Source: a virus | Reading direction: 5' to 3' (one strand) | DNA length: 64,000 nucleotides | Virus record (IMG/VR): IMGVR_UViG_3300030104_006883 | Coordinates: 64,001 to 128,000 of that record | Shown: positions 40,681-49,452 of the stretch, in pieces | How positions within the stretch are numbered: the first letter of the stretch is position 1 | Layout: each line of letters begins with the position of its first letter | The notes under the pieces: model-generated | The model's input: only the letters and a program-made list of their open reading frames with translations | What the model was told of the DNA's origin: nothing | The model's database searches: none | Made by a program: the position numbers and the translations under genes

Positions 40681-41600
40681 AGATACTTGGTGATATATTA
40701 GGGTCGTTCTATCGATCTGGTGACGAGCTTTTATTTCATTGCCCTGCCTGTGACCACCACAAGAGGAAGTTGTCCGTAAACATAGACAAGGATGCTTTTA
40801 AATGCTGGATATGTGATTGGTCTGGACTAAGCGTTTATAGAGTAGTCAGAAAGTACGGAACGTATTCTCAAAAAAGTGAATGGAGATCCTTTGGCGACTT
40901 TGTTGATGTTAGCGATTTCTCAAGGGATTTGTTCAGCAAAGAAGAATCTTTAAAGATTCCGCAAATAGTAGATTTGCCTGTGCCCTTTAAGTCGCTAACG
41001 TCCTCTAAAAAATCGTATGCATGCAGACCAGCGCGTACCTATCTGAGCAGCAGAGGAGTAAGCCAAGAGGACATCCTTCATTGGAAAATAGGTTATTGTA
41101 GCGATGGAGAATACAAAAATAGGATTATTTTGCCTTCTTTCGATGAAGACGGGCACTGTAACTATTTCATTGCTAGAACGTACACACAAGACTATATGAA
41201 GTACAAGAACCCTCCAGCGAGCAAAGACATTATTTTTAATGAACTTTATCTTGAATGGGACGAAGAGTTGATGATTGTTGAAGGGGTCTTCGATGCAATA
41301 AAAGCAGGAAAGAATTCTGTTCCGATTATGGGATCAACATTGAGACAAGAGTCCAGGTTGTTCACAAAAATTGTAGAGAATGACACTCCGATATTGGTAG
41401 CCCTCGACCCGGACGCGGAAAAAAAATCCATGAGACTAATTAAAGATCTACTGGATTATGGTATAGAAGTTAGGAAGATGGATGTCTATCCATATCAAGA
41501 TATCGGAGAGATGCCCAAAGAGGAGCTAGATATCCGCAAGAAAAACGCGGAGTTTATCAACCCCTCTAACTATTTATTGAGGAAGATCCAAAATGTATAG
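40659..41600 (+). CDS. DNA primase (gp61/DnaG-like; Zn finger plus TOPRIM)
   Basis: CPACDHH...KCWIC zinc-binding domain, RIILP..D, IVEGVFDAI and LDPDA TOPRIM motifs. Confidence 0.9.
   Translation: MSDRKKLKILGDILGSFYRSGDELLFHCPACDHHKRKLSVNIDKDAFKCWICDWSGLSVYRVVRKYGTYSQKSEWRSFGDFVDVSDFSRDLFSKEESLKIPQIVDLPVPFKSLTSSKKSYACRPARTYLSSRGVSQEDILHWKIGYCSDGEYKNRIILPSFDEDGHCNYFIARTYTQDYMKYKNPPASKDIIFNELYLEWDEELMIVEGVFDAIKAGKNSVPIMGSTLRQESRLFTKIVENDTPILVALDPDAEKKSMRLIKDLLDYGIEVRKMDVYPYQDIGEMPKEELDIRKKNAEFINPSNYLLRKIQNV
41570..41577 (+). promoter_or_regulatory. Putative late-promoter motif CTATTTAT
   Basis: In primase 3' end, 34 nt before ATG 41612, with AGGAG in between. Confidence 0.45.
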
Positions 41601-41611
41601 GAGACCTCTCA

Positions 41612-41998
41612 ATGAAAATAACAAAATCAAAACTTAGACAAATCATTAAAGAGGAAATAGAAGAAGTGGTATTTGGAAGCAAGATAGGCTTTTCTTTTAA
41701 AAGCCCGCGCCCGCTAACGGACAGCGCTATATTTGGTGAAAAAGAAGAAGAGGTTAGCGAGTCGCTTTACTCGGGCACTGCGATGCCTGAAGATATAGAT
41801 GCAGTAAACGACGCTCTGTATCTGCTTGGCAACGTAGAGAGAACTTTGGAGAATGAAGAGGGCGCACCCGCCAGGAGAGCCCGCAAAGATGTCGCCTCCG
41901 CAGCAGACTTAATTCAGAAGGCCCTGGGGCACATGGAGCAGGGAGAGCTTCAATTTACTGCCATGCGCAGAGCAGCTTTACAGAAGTCGCGTAGCTAG
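41612..41998 (+). CDS. Hypothetical protein with MKITKSKLRQIIKEE N-terminus (candidate internal head protein)
   Basis: N-terminal motif shared with small genes in the head cluster. Confidence 0.6.
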   Translation: MKITKSKLRQIIKEEIEEVVFGSKIGFSFKSPRPLTDSAIFGEKEEEVSESLYSGTAMPEDIDAVNDALYLLGNVERTLENEEGAPARRARKDVASAADLIQKALGHMEQGELQFTAMRRAALQKSRS

Positions 41999-42003
41999 TT
42001 TTC

Positions 42004-42032
42004 TTGACATTAGAACCTTGGTGCTGTATACT
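42004..42032 (+). promoter_or_regulatory. Consensus sigma70-type promoter TTGACA-N17-TATACT
   Basis: TTGACA 42004-42009, 17-nt spacer, TATACT 42027-42032, GGAGG 42050-42054, ATG 42059. Confidence 0.8.
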
Positions 42033-42058
42033 CTAGCCAGCACAATCATGGAGGTTGT

Positions 42059-45000
42059 ATGAGGTTCGCTCATTTTGGGGATACCCACATTAGAAATCTG
42101 AAATACCACAAAGAGTATCGAGTGGTATTTGAGCAGATGTATAAGAAGCTTCGAAGGTTGAAGCCTGACGCAATTATTCATTGCGGCGACATCGCCCACA
42201 CAAAGACACAGATCTCTCCCGAGTTTGTACAGATGTGCTCGGACTTTTTTAAAAATCTTGCGGATATCGCACCGACCTATATTATATTAGGCAATCATGA
42301 CGGCAACCTCAAGAATAGTAGTAGGTTGGACTCTATTAGTCCGATTGTGGAGTCTCTTAATCATCCTAGCTTGCACTTGCTTAGAGAGGCACAAGAAGTA
42401 GTTCTTGATAAAAACTTTGCTTTAAATGCTCTTTCTATTTTCGATGAGGACAATTGGGTAGAGCCTAGTGATCTAGACAGAGTAAATATCGCTCTTTATC
42501 ACGGCTGTATTAAAGGGGCAATGACTGATATCAATTTTCTATTGGATCACGGAGATCATCCAATAGATATCTTTCAAGGATTTGATTTTGCTTTTCTTGG
42601 TGACATACATAGAACTAATCAAATCCTAGACAGCGAGGGCAGAGTTAGGTACTGCGGCAGCACAGTGCAGCAGAATTTTGCAGAATCAGACGACAAGGGG
42701 TTTTTGATTTGGGACATCGACAATAAGCAAGACTTTAAAGTTAAACATTACGCTTTTAACAATCCAAAGCCATTTGTTACAATTGAGTTAGACAGCAAGG
42801 GCAAGATTGCCAGCGATTTAGAAATCCCAGCAGACGCTAGAGTCAGGCTCATTGCCAGTTATAGCTTAACACTAGAGCAGATGCGCCGTGCGATTGATGT
42901 TTGTAAAACTAGGTTTAAGCCTGAGTCTGTTACTTTTGTTAACAAGGGAGACGTAGAGCCCTCTGCGGAAGAAGTGACCGACTGTATTGTTCATGAAGAT
43001 CTAAGAGATATCTCTGTTCAAGAAGAAATTATCGAAGAGTTTTTAAAAGACTATCAAACTGAGCCGGAGACATTAAAAGAGGTTTTCTCTCTAAACAAGA
43101 GATATAATGTAGCTGCGGAGCAGTCCGAAGAAGTTGCCAGAAATGTTAAGTGGAAGTTGAAAAAATTCAAATGGGACAATCTGTTTAATTACGGGACAAA
43201 GAACGAGATAAACTTCACCAGGCTTAGAGGACTTGTGGGAATATTCGGCAAAAACTATTCGGGCAAATCAAGCATTGTTGATGGGTTACTCTATACGGTA
43301 TTCAACACTACTTCTAAAAATAATAGAAAAAATCTTAATGTTATAAACCAAAATGAAGACTCTTGCTATGGCAGAGTAGAGATAGACATTGGCAAAGATA
43401 CCTATACGATTATAAGAGAATCGGAGAAGTATAGAAAGAAGCTTCGTGGCAAAGAGACTGTCGAGGCGAAAACCGATGTGTCTTTTAGTAAAAAGAACAA
43501 GACAACTCGTGAAGTGACTGAGATGAATGGGATTGATAGGAATGAAACAGATAAGAATATTCGTCGTGCATTTGGCGATATAGACGAGTTCTTGTTAACT
43601 TCGCTGGCATCCCAACTGGGATCTTTGTCTTTCATAGGGGAAGGTTCTACGAAGAGGAAAGAAATTTTGGCTAAGTTCTTAGACCTTGATATTTTCGACC
43701 AGAAGTTTAAGCTGGCGAAAGAGGACTCTTCTGATATAAAGGGCGCTCTAAACAAACTGAAAGATCACGATTTTATTGCAGAAATATCCGAGGCAACAAC
43801 TAACTTAGCTTACAGTGAAGTAGAATTAGATAGGAAAAAACAACAAGTAGAAGATTTAAAGACCCATATCGCTGCTTTAAGCGAGTCTCTAAAGGAGATA
43901 AATGATAAGCTGGACACTTCTCAACAAGAAGTTCTTAATATAGACGATATAACCAACGAACTACAGACGGTAGAATCTAGAATAGATTCCGTGAAGAAGG
44001 ATAATGTTGGTCTAGAGGAATCTATCGATAAAGACAAAGAGATACTCTTGAAAATAGAAGAGCATCTACAGGAGATTGATATTGATTCATATGAAGAGAG
44101 GCTAGAAGAAATAGACGCTAAGACTAGGGAACTCTCTTCTCTTGAAAAAGAAATAGAACTGCTGGAACAAAAGGAGACAACTGAGTCCAACAAAATCAAG
44201 CTGTTGTCGGAAGTACCATGTGGATCCGAGTTTGCCAGTTGCAAGTTTATTAAAGACGCGTATGGCGCAAAAGAAAAGCTTGAGACAATACAGGTTCAAA
44301 TGAATGATCTTTCTATTTCCAAGAAAGGCATAAGTCAGGAAGTGGACAGTTTAGATCCGGATGTGGTCAAATCATATTTGAAGAAATATAATGATTTGAT
44401 TAAGAAGAGGAGAGAGGTGACTGAACGGTCTAGCGACAATAAGGTTTTGCTAGAAAAAAATAAATCTTCTCTTCTAAATGCGATGAGGTCTCACAATGAT
44501 CTTCAAGAAAAGAAAAAGAGATATGAAGACAACGAAGATTCAATAAAGCAGCTTGAATTGATTATTGAAGCAAAAAATAAGCTAGTATCCAACATTGAAC
44601 TAAGCGACGAAGACCTGTCGTCCGCGCAGGAAGAGCTATTGTTGCTGTTTAAAAATCATGGATCTCTAGAGCAGAAGGTGAAAAATCTAGAGGAAAGGCA
44701 GCAAGAGCTTGAGGAGCTACAAAAAGAATACACCTCTTATGAGTTGTATTTGAAGTGCATGCACAGTAATGGAATATCTTATGATATAATCAAAAAAAGA
44801 TTGCCAATTATTAATGAAGAGGTTTCAAAAATTTTAGCAAATATTGTTAACTTTGAAGTGTTCTTTGAAGAGGATGGAAGAAAATTAGATATCATGATAA
44901 AACATCCAAAGTTTGAACCGCGACCCATCGAGATGGGTTCGGGAGCAGAGAAGACCATAGCCTCTATGGCAATAAGGTTAGCCCTGATAAAAATTAGCAC

Positions 45001-45211
45001 TTTACCTGTTGGCGATGTATTTATTCTCGATGAGCCCGCAACGTCGCTCGATGAAGAACATATGGAAGGATTTGTTAGATTGCTAGAGATGGTTAAGACT
45101 GAATTTAAAACAGTTCTACTTATTTCTCATCTTGATACTTTAAAAGATGTCGTAGACAAACAGATAATTATTGAAAAGGATTATGATGGGTATGCTCATG
45201 CAAGCTTTTAG
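42059..45211 (+). CDS. Fused Mre11/SbcD nuclease and Rad50/SbcC ATPase (T4 gp47-gp46-like)
   Basis: Phosphoesterase motifs DTH, GDIAH, GNHD, H, GDIH; then Walker A GKNYSGKS, coiled coil, PCGSEFASC hook-like Cys pair, signature-like MGSGAEK, Walker B FILDE, D-loop SLD, H-loop ISH. Confidence 0.9.
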   Translation: MRFAHFGDTHIRNLKYHKEYRVVFEQMYKKLRRLKPDAIIHCGDIAHTKTQISPEFVQMCSDFFKNLADIAPTYIILGNHDGNLKNSSRLDSISPIVESLNHPSLHLLREAQEVVLDKNFALNALSIFDEDNWVEPSDLDRVNIALYHGCIKGAMTDINFLLDHGDHPIDIFQGFDFAFLGDIHRTNQILDSEGRVRYCGSTVQQNFAESDDKGFLIWDIDNKQDFKVKHYAFNNPKPFVTIELDSKGKIASDLEIPADARVRLIASYSLTLEQMRRAIDVCKTRFKPESVTFVNKGDVEPSAEEVTDCIVHEDLRDISVQEEIIEEFLKDYQTEPETLKEVFSLNKRYNVAAEQSEEVARNVKWKLKKFKWDNLFNYGTKNEINFTRLRGLVGIFGKNYSGKSSIVDGLLYTVFNTTSKNNRKNLNVINQNEDSCYGRVEIDIGKDTYTIIRESEKYRKKLRGKETVEAKTDVSFSKKNKTTREVTEMNGIDRNETDKNIRRAFGDIDEFLLTSLASQLGSLSFIGEGSTKRKEILAKFLDLDIFDQKFKLAKEDSSDIKGALNKLKDHDFIAEISEATTNLAYSEVELDRKKQQVEDLKTHIAALSESLKEINDKLDTSQQEVLNIDDITNELQTVESRIDSVKKDNVGLEESIDKDKEILLKIEEHLQEIDIDSYEERLEEIDAKTRELSSLEKEIELLEQKETTESNKIKLLSEVPCGSEFASCKFIKDAYGAKEKLETIQVQMNDLSISKKGISQEVDSLDPDVVKSYLKKYNDLIKKRREVTERSSDNKVLLEKNKSSLLNAMRSHNDLQEKKKRYEDNEDSIKQLELIIEAKNKLVSNIELSDEDLSSAQEELLLLFKNHGSLEQKVKNLEERQQELEELQKEYTSYELYLKCMHSNGISYDIIKKRLPIINEEVSKILANIVNFEVFFEEDGRKLDIMIKHPKFEPRPIEMGSGAEKTIASMAIRLALIKISTLPVGDVFILDEPATSLDEEHMEGFVRLLEMVKTEFKTVLLISHLDTLKDVVDKQIIIEKDYDGYAHASF

Positions 45212-45220
45212 GAGAAATGA

Positions 45221-45871
45221 ATGAAGTTTTTTATTGCCGTGTGGCAACAAATAAAAAAAAGACTAGCTAAGATATTTTATAAACCTATTTTTTATCATTG
45301 GCTGGCTTGGAATAAATTAAGTCACCTAGTACACTACTCGAAGTATAAGAACGTAGAATTACAGAGAGATCAGCCGCTAACCAAGGTGCAAAGTGTGTTA
45401 GAGATGCTGGAGTGGAAGGTGGATGCTTGGAGAGACTTGTTTGATATTCACGGTACTCCAAACTATGTACAGCACATCATAAATGAGAGCCGTGACAACA
45501 TCTATAAGCACGGGCCAAGAATTAAAATTAAAAGTGGCCAAGTTGACCTGCCGCTGGGTCCTGATGAGTTTTCCATATGGGCGTGCAATGTTTTGGATAA
45601 AAACTACTACCCTCGTTTGTTTGTGTTTACTTGGATGGGCGGAGACGGAGAACTCGTTAGCCGCGTGATTTGTCTATGCAGGATGTCAGACGGAAGAATG
45701 TTCCATATAGGCAACTGGGGGACATCGAGACCGTTTGTTGATCTACGCCAGTTGACACTGGACATACTTAAGCGGACTGCGGCGAGAGAGGCGATAGGCT
45801 GGGCAATGCTCGATAAAAACTTGAAGATTCTAAAAATTGGAAAAGAGATACCAAGTGGAAGTGTCAACTAA
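45221..45871 (+). CDS. Hypothetical protein, possibly an inactive transglutaminase/papain-like fold
   Basis: GPDEFSIWA and SRVICL...HIGNWG resemble DCD(D/E)FA.. and GH.VC...NWG motifs but lack catalytic Cys/His. Confidence 0.35.
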   Translation: MKFFIAVWQQIKKRLAKIFYKPIFYHWLAWNKLSHLVHYSKYKNVELQRDQPLTKVQSVLEMLEWKVDAWRDLFDIHGTPNYVQHIINESRDNIYKHGPRIKIKSGQVDLPLGPDEFSIWACNVLDKNYYPRLFVFTWMGGDGELVSRVICLCRMSDGRMFHIGNWGTSRPFVDLRQLTLDILKRTAAREAIGWAMLDKNLKILKIGKEIPSGSVN

Positions 45872-45875
45872 TTAA
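45868..45875 (+). promoter_or_regulatory. Putative late-promoter motif CTAATTAA
   Basis: At the upstream stop, followed by GGAGG and ATG 45894. Confidence 0.45.
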
Positions 45876-45893
45876 GGAAGGAGGCTTACAATT

Positions 45894-46091
45894 ATGAGTG
45901 AACAGACAAAAGAAATATTAGATAGAATGATAGCAAAGGTGACTAGTAGGAAGCTATTGGTTTGGTTAACTGCGACAGGTCTTGCCTTGACAGGCAATGT
46001 AACATCGGAAGATTGGGTTGCTGTCGCACTTGTTTACATTGGCTCGGAGGCGCTAGTAGACATAGCATCGACTTGGAGGCACGGCAAGTGA
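45894..46091 (+). CDS. Small membrane protein, holin-like
   Basis: 65 aa, SRKLLVW followed by two hydrophobic segments, basic C-terminus. Confidence 0.5.
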   Translation: MSEQTKEILDRMIAKVTSRKLLVWLTATGLALTGNVTSEDWVAVALVYIGSEALVDIASTWRHGK

Positions 46092-46492
46092 CGTGGTTTG
46101 TGGCCAAGCATGCTTTGAAAAAAGCATGGCTTTGGACTAAATCATATTGGTATATCCCTGCTGTTTTAGCGTATACGCTAGTGCTGTTATTTGTTTTTAG
46201 AAGAGACAGTCAAGAGGCGGGCGAGCTTCTTGGTACGACTATAGACAGCTATGAAAAACAGCTAGCAGTTTTAAATAAAACCCATCAAGACGAAATCGAC
46301 AAAAGAGACGCTGCGCTACAGAAGTATCAACAGGTGTTGAGCGATCTAGAGAATAAGTATGCAGAAGAAGAGAAGAAGTTGTCTGAGTCTAAAAAAAGAA
46401 CTTTGAAGAGAATAGTTGAAAAGTATCATGATGATACGGAAGGGCTAGCTAAAGAGATAAGTAAAAAATTTGGAGCTACTTATGTACCATAA
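46088..46492 (+). CDS. Membrane-anchored coiled-coil protein (i-spanin-like topology)
   Basis: Start moved from 45962 to GTG 46088 (GTGA overlap); one TM (YWYIPAVLAYTLVLLFVF) then a charged coiled coil. Confidence 0.5.
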   Translation: MTWFVAKHALKKAWLWTKSYWYIPAVLAYTLVLLFVFRRDSQEAGELLGTTIDSYEKQLAVLNKTHQDEIDKRDAALQKYQQVLSDLENKYAEEEKKLSESKKRTLKRIVEKYHDDTEGLAKEISKKFGATYVP

Positions 46493-46946
46493 TTTTAAAA
46501 CAAAAATAATTTCACTATTTATGAGCGCTCTTCTTTTGCTAACACCCTCTGGAGTGTTAGCTACTGAGACGGGGAAGGTCGCTAGCCTTAAAGAGGGACA
46601 GCCTGCGCCTTATAGCGGAGTACTGTTCGATGAAACATTCGCGGCGAGACTAATCGCAGAAGAGGAGCACAAACAAATTGAATGTAATCTCAAAATTAAA
46701 TTCGAGCTTGAAAAGATGGAAGCAAAACATGCTTTGGAAATGGGAAATGTTAAAGCTACGCTTGACTCGCTTAGGTCGCAACATAGTGCGCTTATTAACA
46801 TTAAAGAAGATGAGATAAAGAGGCTACACACTCTTGCTTTAAAAAATCCAAACGATAACGCAAATTGGTGGTTTGGTGGAGGAGTTGCTGTTGGTATTAT
46901 TACTTCTATTATTATTTTTTATGCTGCTGTTGAGGTCCAAAAATGA
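46482..46946 (+). CDS. Exported coiled-coil protein with C-terminal TM (spanin-like candidate)
   Basis: Signal-peptide-like N-terminus (IISLFMSALLLLTPSGVLA), GQPAPYSGVLF, coiled coil, C-terminal TM WWFGGGVAVGIITSIIIFYAAV; alternative TTG start at 46470. Confidence 0.5.
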   Translation: MYHNFKTKIISLFMSALLLLTPSGVLATETGKVASLKEGQPAPYSGVLFDETFAARLIAEEEHKQIECNLKIKFELEKMEAKHALEMGNVKATLDSLRSQHSALINIKEDEIKRLHTLALKNPNDNANWWFGGGVAVGIITSIIIFYAAVEVQK

Positions 46947-47335
46947 GTGATGACCTGGACTATATTGTGAGGTTAGAAAAGGCCATAAGATTAAAATATG
47001 GTGAACAAGCAATTAAGAATCCAAAGTCTGGTTGGGACACAGAAAAAGAAAAAGAATATTTACAACAACTTAAAGCTTTGGCAATAAAAGAAAATAAAAT
47101 TCAAGAAAATAAAGATAAGGTAGAGGTTGACGGGTTTTTCGTACCTAAAAAACTACTTACTAGAGACGCACAAAGAAATTGTCCGGTTTGTAAAAAATAT
47201 TCATTCAAAATAAAAGACGATGTTTATATGGCTAAGTATGATGCTTGCCATAGTTGTTTTATTGAGTACATAGAAGGAAGAGAAGATAGATGGGAAACAG
47301 GCTGGCGACCCGAAAAAATCCAAGGAGAACAATAG
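46943..47335 (+). CDS. Hypothetical protein with C-terminal CxxC...CxxC zinc finger
   Basis: CPVC and CHSC pairs; ATGA coupling. Confidence 0.6.
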   Translation: MSDDLDYIVRLEKAIRLKYGEQAIKNPKSGWDTEKEKEYLQQLKALAIKENKIQENKDKVEVDGFFVPKKLLTRDAQRNCPVCKKYSFKIKDDVYMAKYDACHSCFIEYIEGREDRWETGWRPEKIQGEQ

Positions 47336-47866
47336 ATGTCACAGAAATCGTTAGATATAATTAGAGGAGTCGCACAGGCGGCAGCTAATGCCTATGATGG
47401 AGCCTTCGATTCGAATGGAGATCCGATATCTTTAGGTTTAAAAAGAGAAGAGGGGCACCCAGTGCTAAGTTCTAGAGACATGGACGGGTTCAAGGTTAAG
47501 ATGAGTGGGAACCACCTAATGGTTAACTACCAAGCCGAGATCAAGCTCAGGGACGTTCACAATACTAAGTTTGAAGAAGAACTAGAGCAAACTGTTGCTG
47601 ATATTGCTAGCTGGCTAAAGAAAGAATATAAGAAAGTAACAGGCGATACTCTTTCCTTAACGCCGGTAGGAGAAGTTGACGCAATTGTTCAAAGCACTTC
47701 AAAAGTAAGAGTCTTTGTTAACGCTACAAAGAAGTTTAAAGTTGGTGGCCTTGAAGGGGTTGAGGATAAGCTAGAGCCAAGCGAGGAACTAGTGCAGAAA
47801 AATTTTAAGGACTTTTTAAACCAAGGTGGATTAGGCTCAAGAGACGCTAAAAACGTTACAAATTAA
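47336..47866 (+). CDS. Hypothetical protein
   Basis: ORF directly upstream of TerL with AGGAG Shine-Dalgarno. Confidence 0.6.
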   Translation: MSQKSLDIIRGVAQAAANAYDGAFDSNGDPISLGLKREEGHPVLSSRDMDGFKVKMSGNHLMVNYQAEIKLRDVHNTKFEEELEQTVADIASWLKKEYKKVTGDTLSLTPVGEVDAIVQSTSKVRVFVNATKKFKVGGLEGVEDKLEPSEELVQKNFKDFLNQGGLGSRDAKNVTN

Positions 47867-47874
47867 GAGCCAGC

Positions 47875-49449
47875 ATGACACACGAGCTAACGAAGAAACA
47901 AATAGTTGCTGAGATAGTTAAGGCGGGAAAAGATCCCGTATACTTTATCAACAATTATGCAAAGATATCCCACCCTATGAAGGGTCTCATCCCCTTCAAG
48001 GTTTTTGATTATCAGGAAGATCTCCTTAGAGACTTCAATGATTATAGGTTTAACGTAATCCTAAAGGCTAGACAGCTAGGCATTTCGACGATTACAGCGG
48101 CCTATATTGTATGGTTAATGATGTTTCACAAAGACAAGAATATTCTTGTCATTGCAACTAAGTTTGGCACGGCAGCTAACTTAGTTAAGAAAGTTAAACA
48201 CATGATTAAAAACCTTCCGCCATGGATAATGATTACTGATATTGCGGTTGATAATAGAACCTCCTTTGAATTGTCTAATGGTTCACAAATCAAGGCTTCA
48301 TCTACAAGTAGCGATGCTGGCCGATCGGAGGCATTGTCTCTTTTGGTAATAGACGAGGCTGCACATGTTGAAGGGCTGGAAGAACTTTGGACTGGTTTAT
48401 ACCCTACTCTTTCAACCGGCGGTCGATGTATAGCATTATCGACACCAAACGGAGTTGGGAATTGGTTTCACCAGACTTTTATCGAGGCGGAAGAAAAGAA
48501 AAATAAATTCCATTCCGTAACACTACCCTGGGATGTGCATCCTGATAGAAATGACAATTGGTTTCATGAAGAAACTAAAAATATGTCCCCACGACAGATC
48601 GCTCAAGAGTTAATGTGTAACTTTAACATGTCGGGAGAAACAGTTTTTGATGCACAAGACATGGCCTTAATACATGACAGAGTTTGTGAGCCAAAATATA
48701 GAACAGGCTTCGACAGAAATATCTGGATATGGGAAGAGTTCGATGAATCCCAGCAATACTTGATATCGGCAGACGTGGCTCGTGGAGATGGAAGAGATCA
48801 CTCTGCCTTCCACATTTTTAAAATTGAAACGATGGAAATTGTTGCAGAGTATCGGGGCAAGCCTACCCCTGACATCTTTGCCAATGTTCTTTTTAATGTT
48901 GGCAAAGAATATGGAAATTGTCTGCTGGCAGTAGAAAATAACTCTGTTGGGTGGACTGTGATAACTAAGCTACAAGAAATGGCCTATCCTAATCTTTATT
49001 ACGCAAGAAAGTCTAGCCATGAGTTTGTTGACGCCACTGTTGCGGAGTCTTCTAGAAACACGATCGGCGGCTTTACGATGTCCAGAACTACTAGGCCGCT
49101 TGTTATTGCTAAGTTTGAGGAATTCATAAGGAATAAACTAATTAAAATAAACTCTAATAGGTTGTATAATGAAATGAAGACGTTTGTGTGGCAAAACGGA
49201 AGAGCCCAAGCTATGAAAGGATTCAATGATGATTTAATAATGGCTTGTGCGATTGGATGTTGGATAAGAGACTCTGTTTTTGTTACAAATGTTAGAGAGG
49301 GTGAATACCAAAAAGCATTTTTAAGTGCGATGACTAGAGCAGATACTAAAATGAATACGACAATTCCTGGCATGATTGGACATAAACCTATCAAAGAAGA
49401 CACTGCTAAGGAAGAGTATCAAAAATTTGGCTGGATCTTGAAGGGATAA
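47875..49449 (+). CDS. Terminase large subunit (gp17-like)
   Basis: ILKARQLGIST Walker A, LLVIDEAA Walker B, STPNG coupling motif, nuclease ADVARGDG.D.S and DDLIMA. Confidence 0.95.
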   Translation: MTHELTKKQIVAEIVKAGKDPVYFINNYAKISHPMKGLIPFKVFDYQEDLLRDFNDYRFNVILKARQLGISTITAAYIVWLMMFHKDKNILVIATKFGTAANLVKKVKHMIKNLPPWIMITDIAVDNRTSFELSNGSQIKASSTSSDAGRSEALSLLVIDEAAHVEGLEELWTGLYPTLSTGGRCIALSTPNGVGNWFHQTFIEAEEKKNKFHSVTLPWDVHPDRNDNWFHEETKNMSPRQIAQELMCNFNMSGETVFDAQDMALIHDRVCEPKYRTGFDRNIWIWEEFDESQQYLISADVARGDGRDHSAFHIFKIETMEIVAEYRGKPTPDIFANVLFNVGKEYGNCLLAVENNSVGWTVITKLQEMAYPNLYYARKSSHEFVDATVAESSRNTIGGFTMSRTTRPLVIAKFEEFIRNKLIKINSNRLYNEMKTFVWQNGRAQAMKGFNDDLIMACAIGCWIRDSVFVTNVREGEYQKAFLSAMTRADTKMNTTIPGMIGHKPIKEDTAKEEYQKFGWILKG

Positions 49450-49452
49450 GAC

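Noticed and set aside
45962-46087. 5' extension of the 176-aa ORF
   Set aside because: Overlaps the holin-like gene in another frame; GTG 46088 with GTGA coupling and upstream GGAGG is the better start
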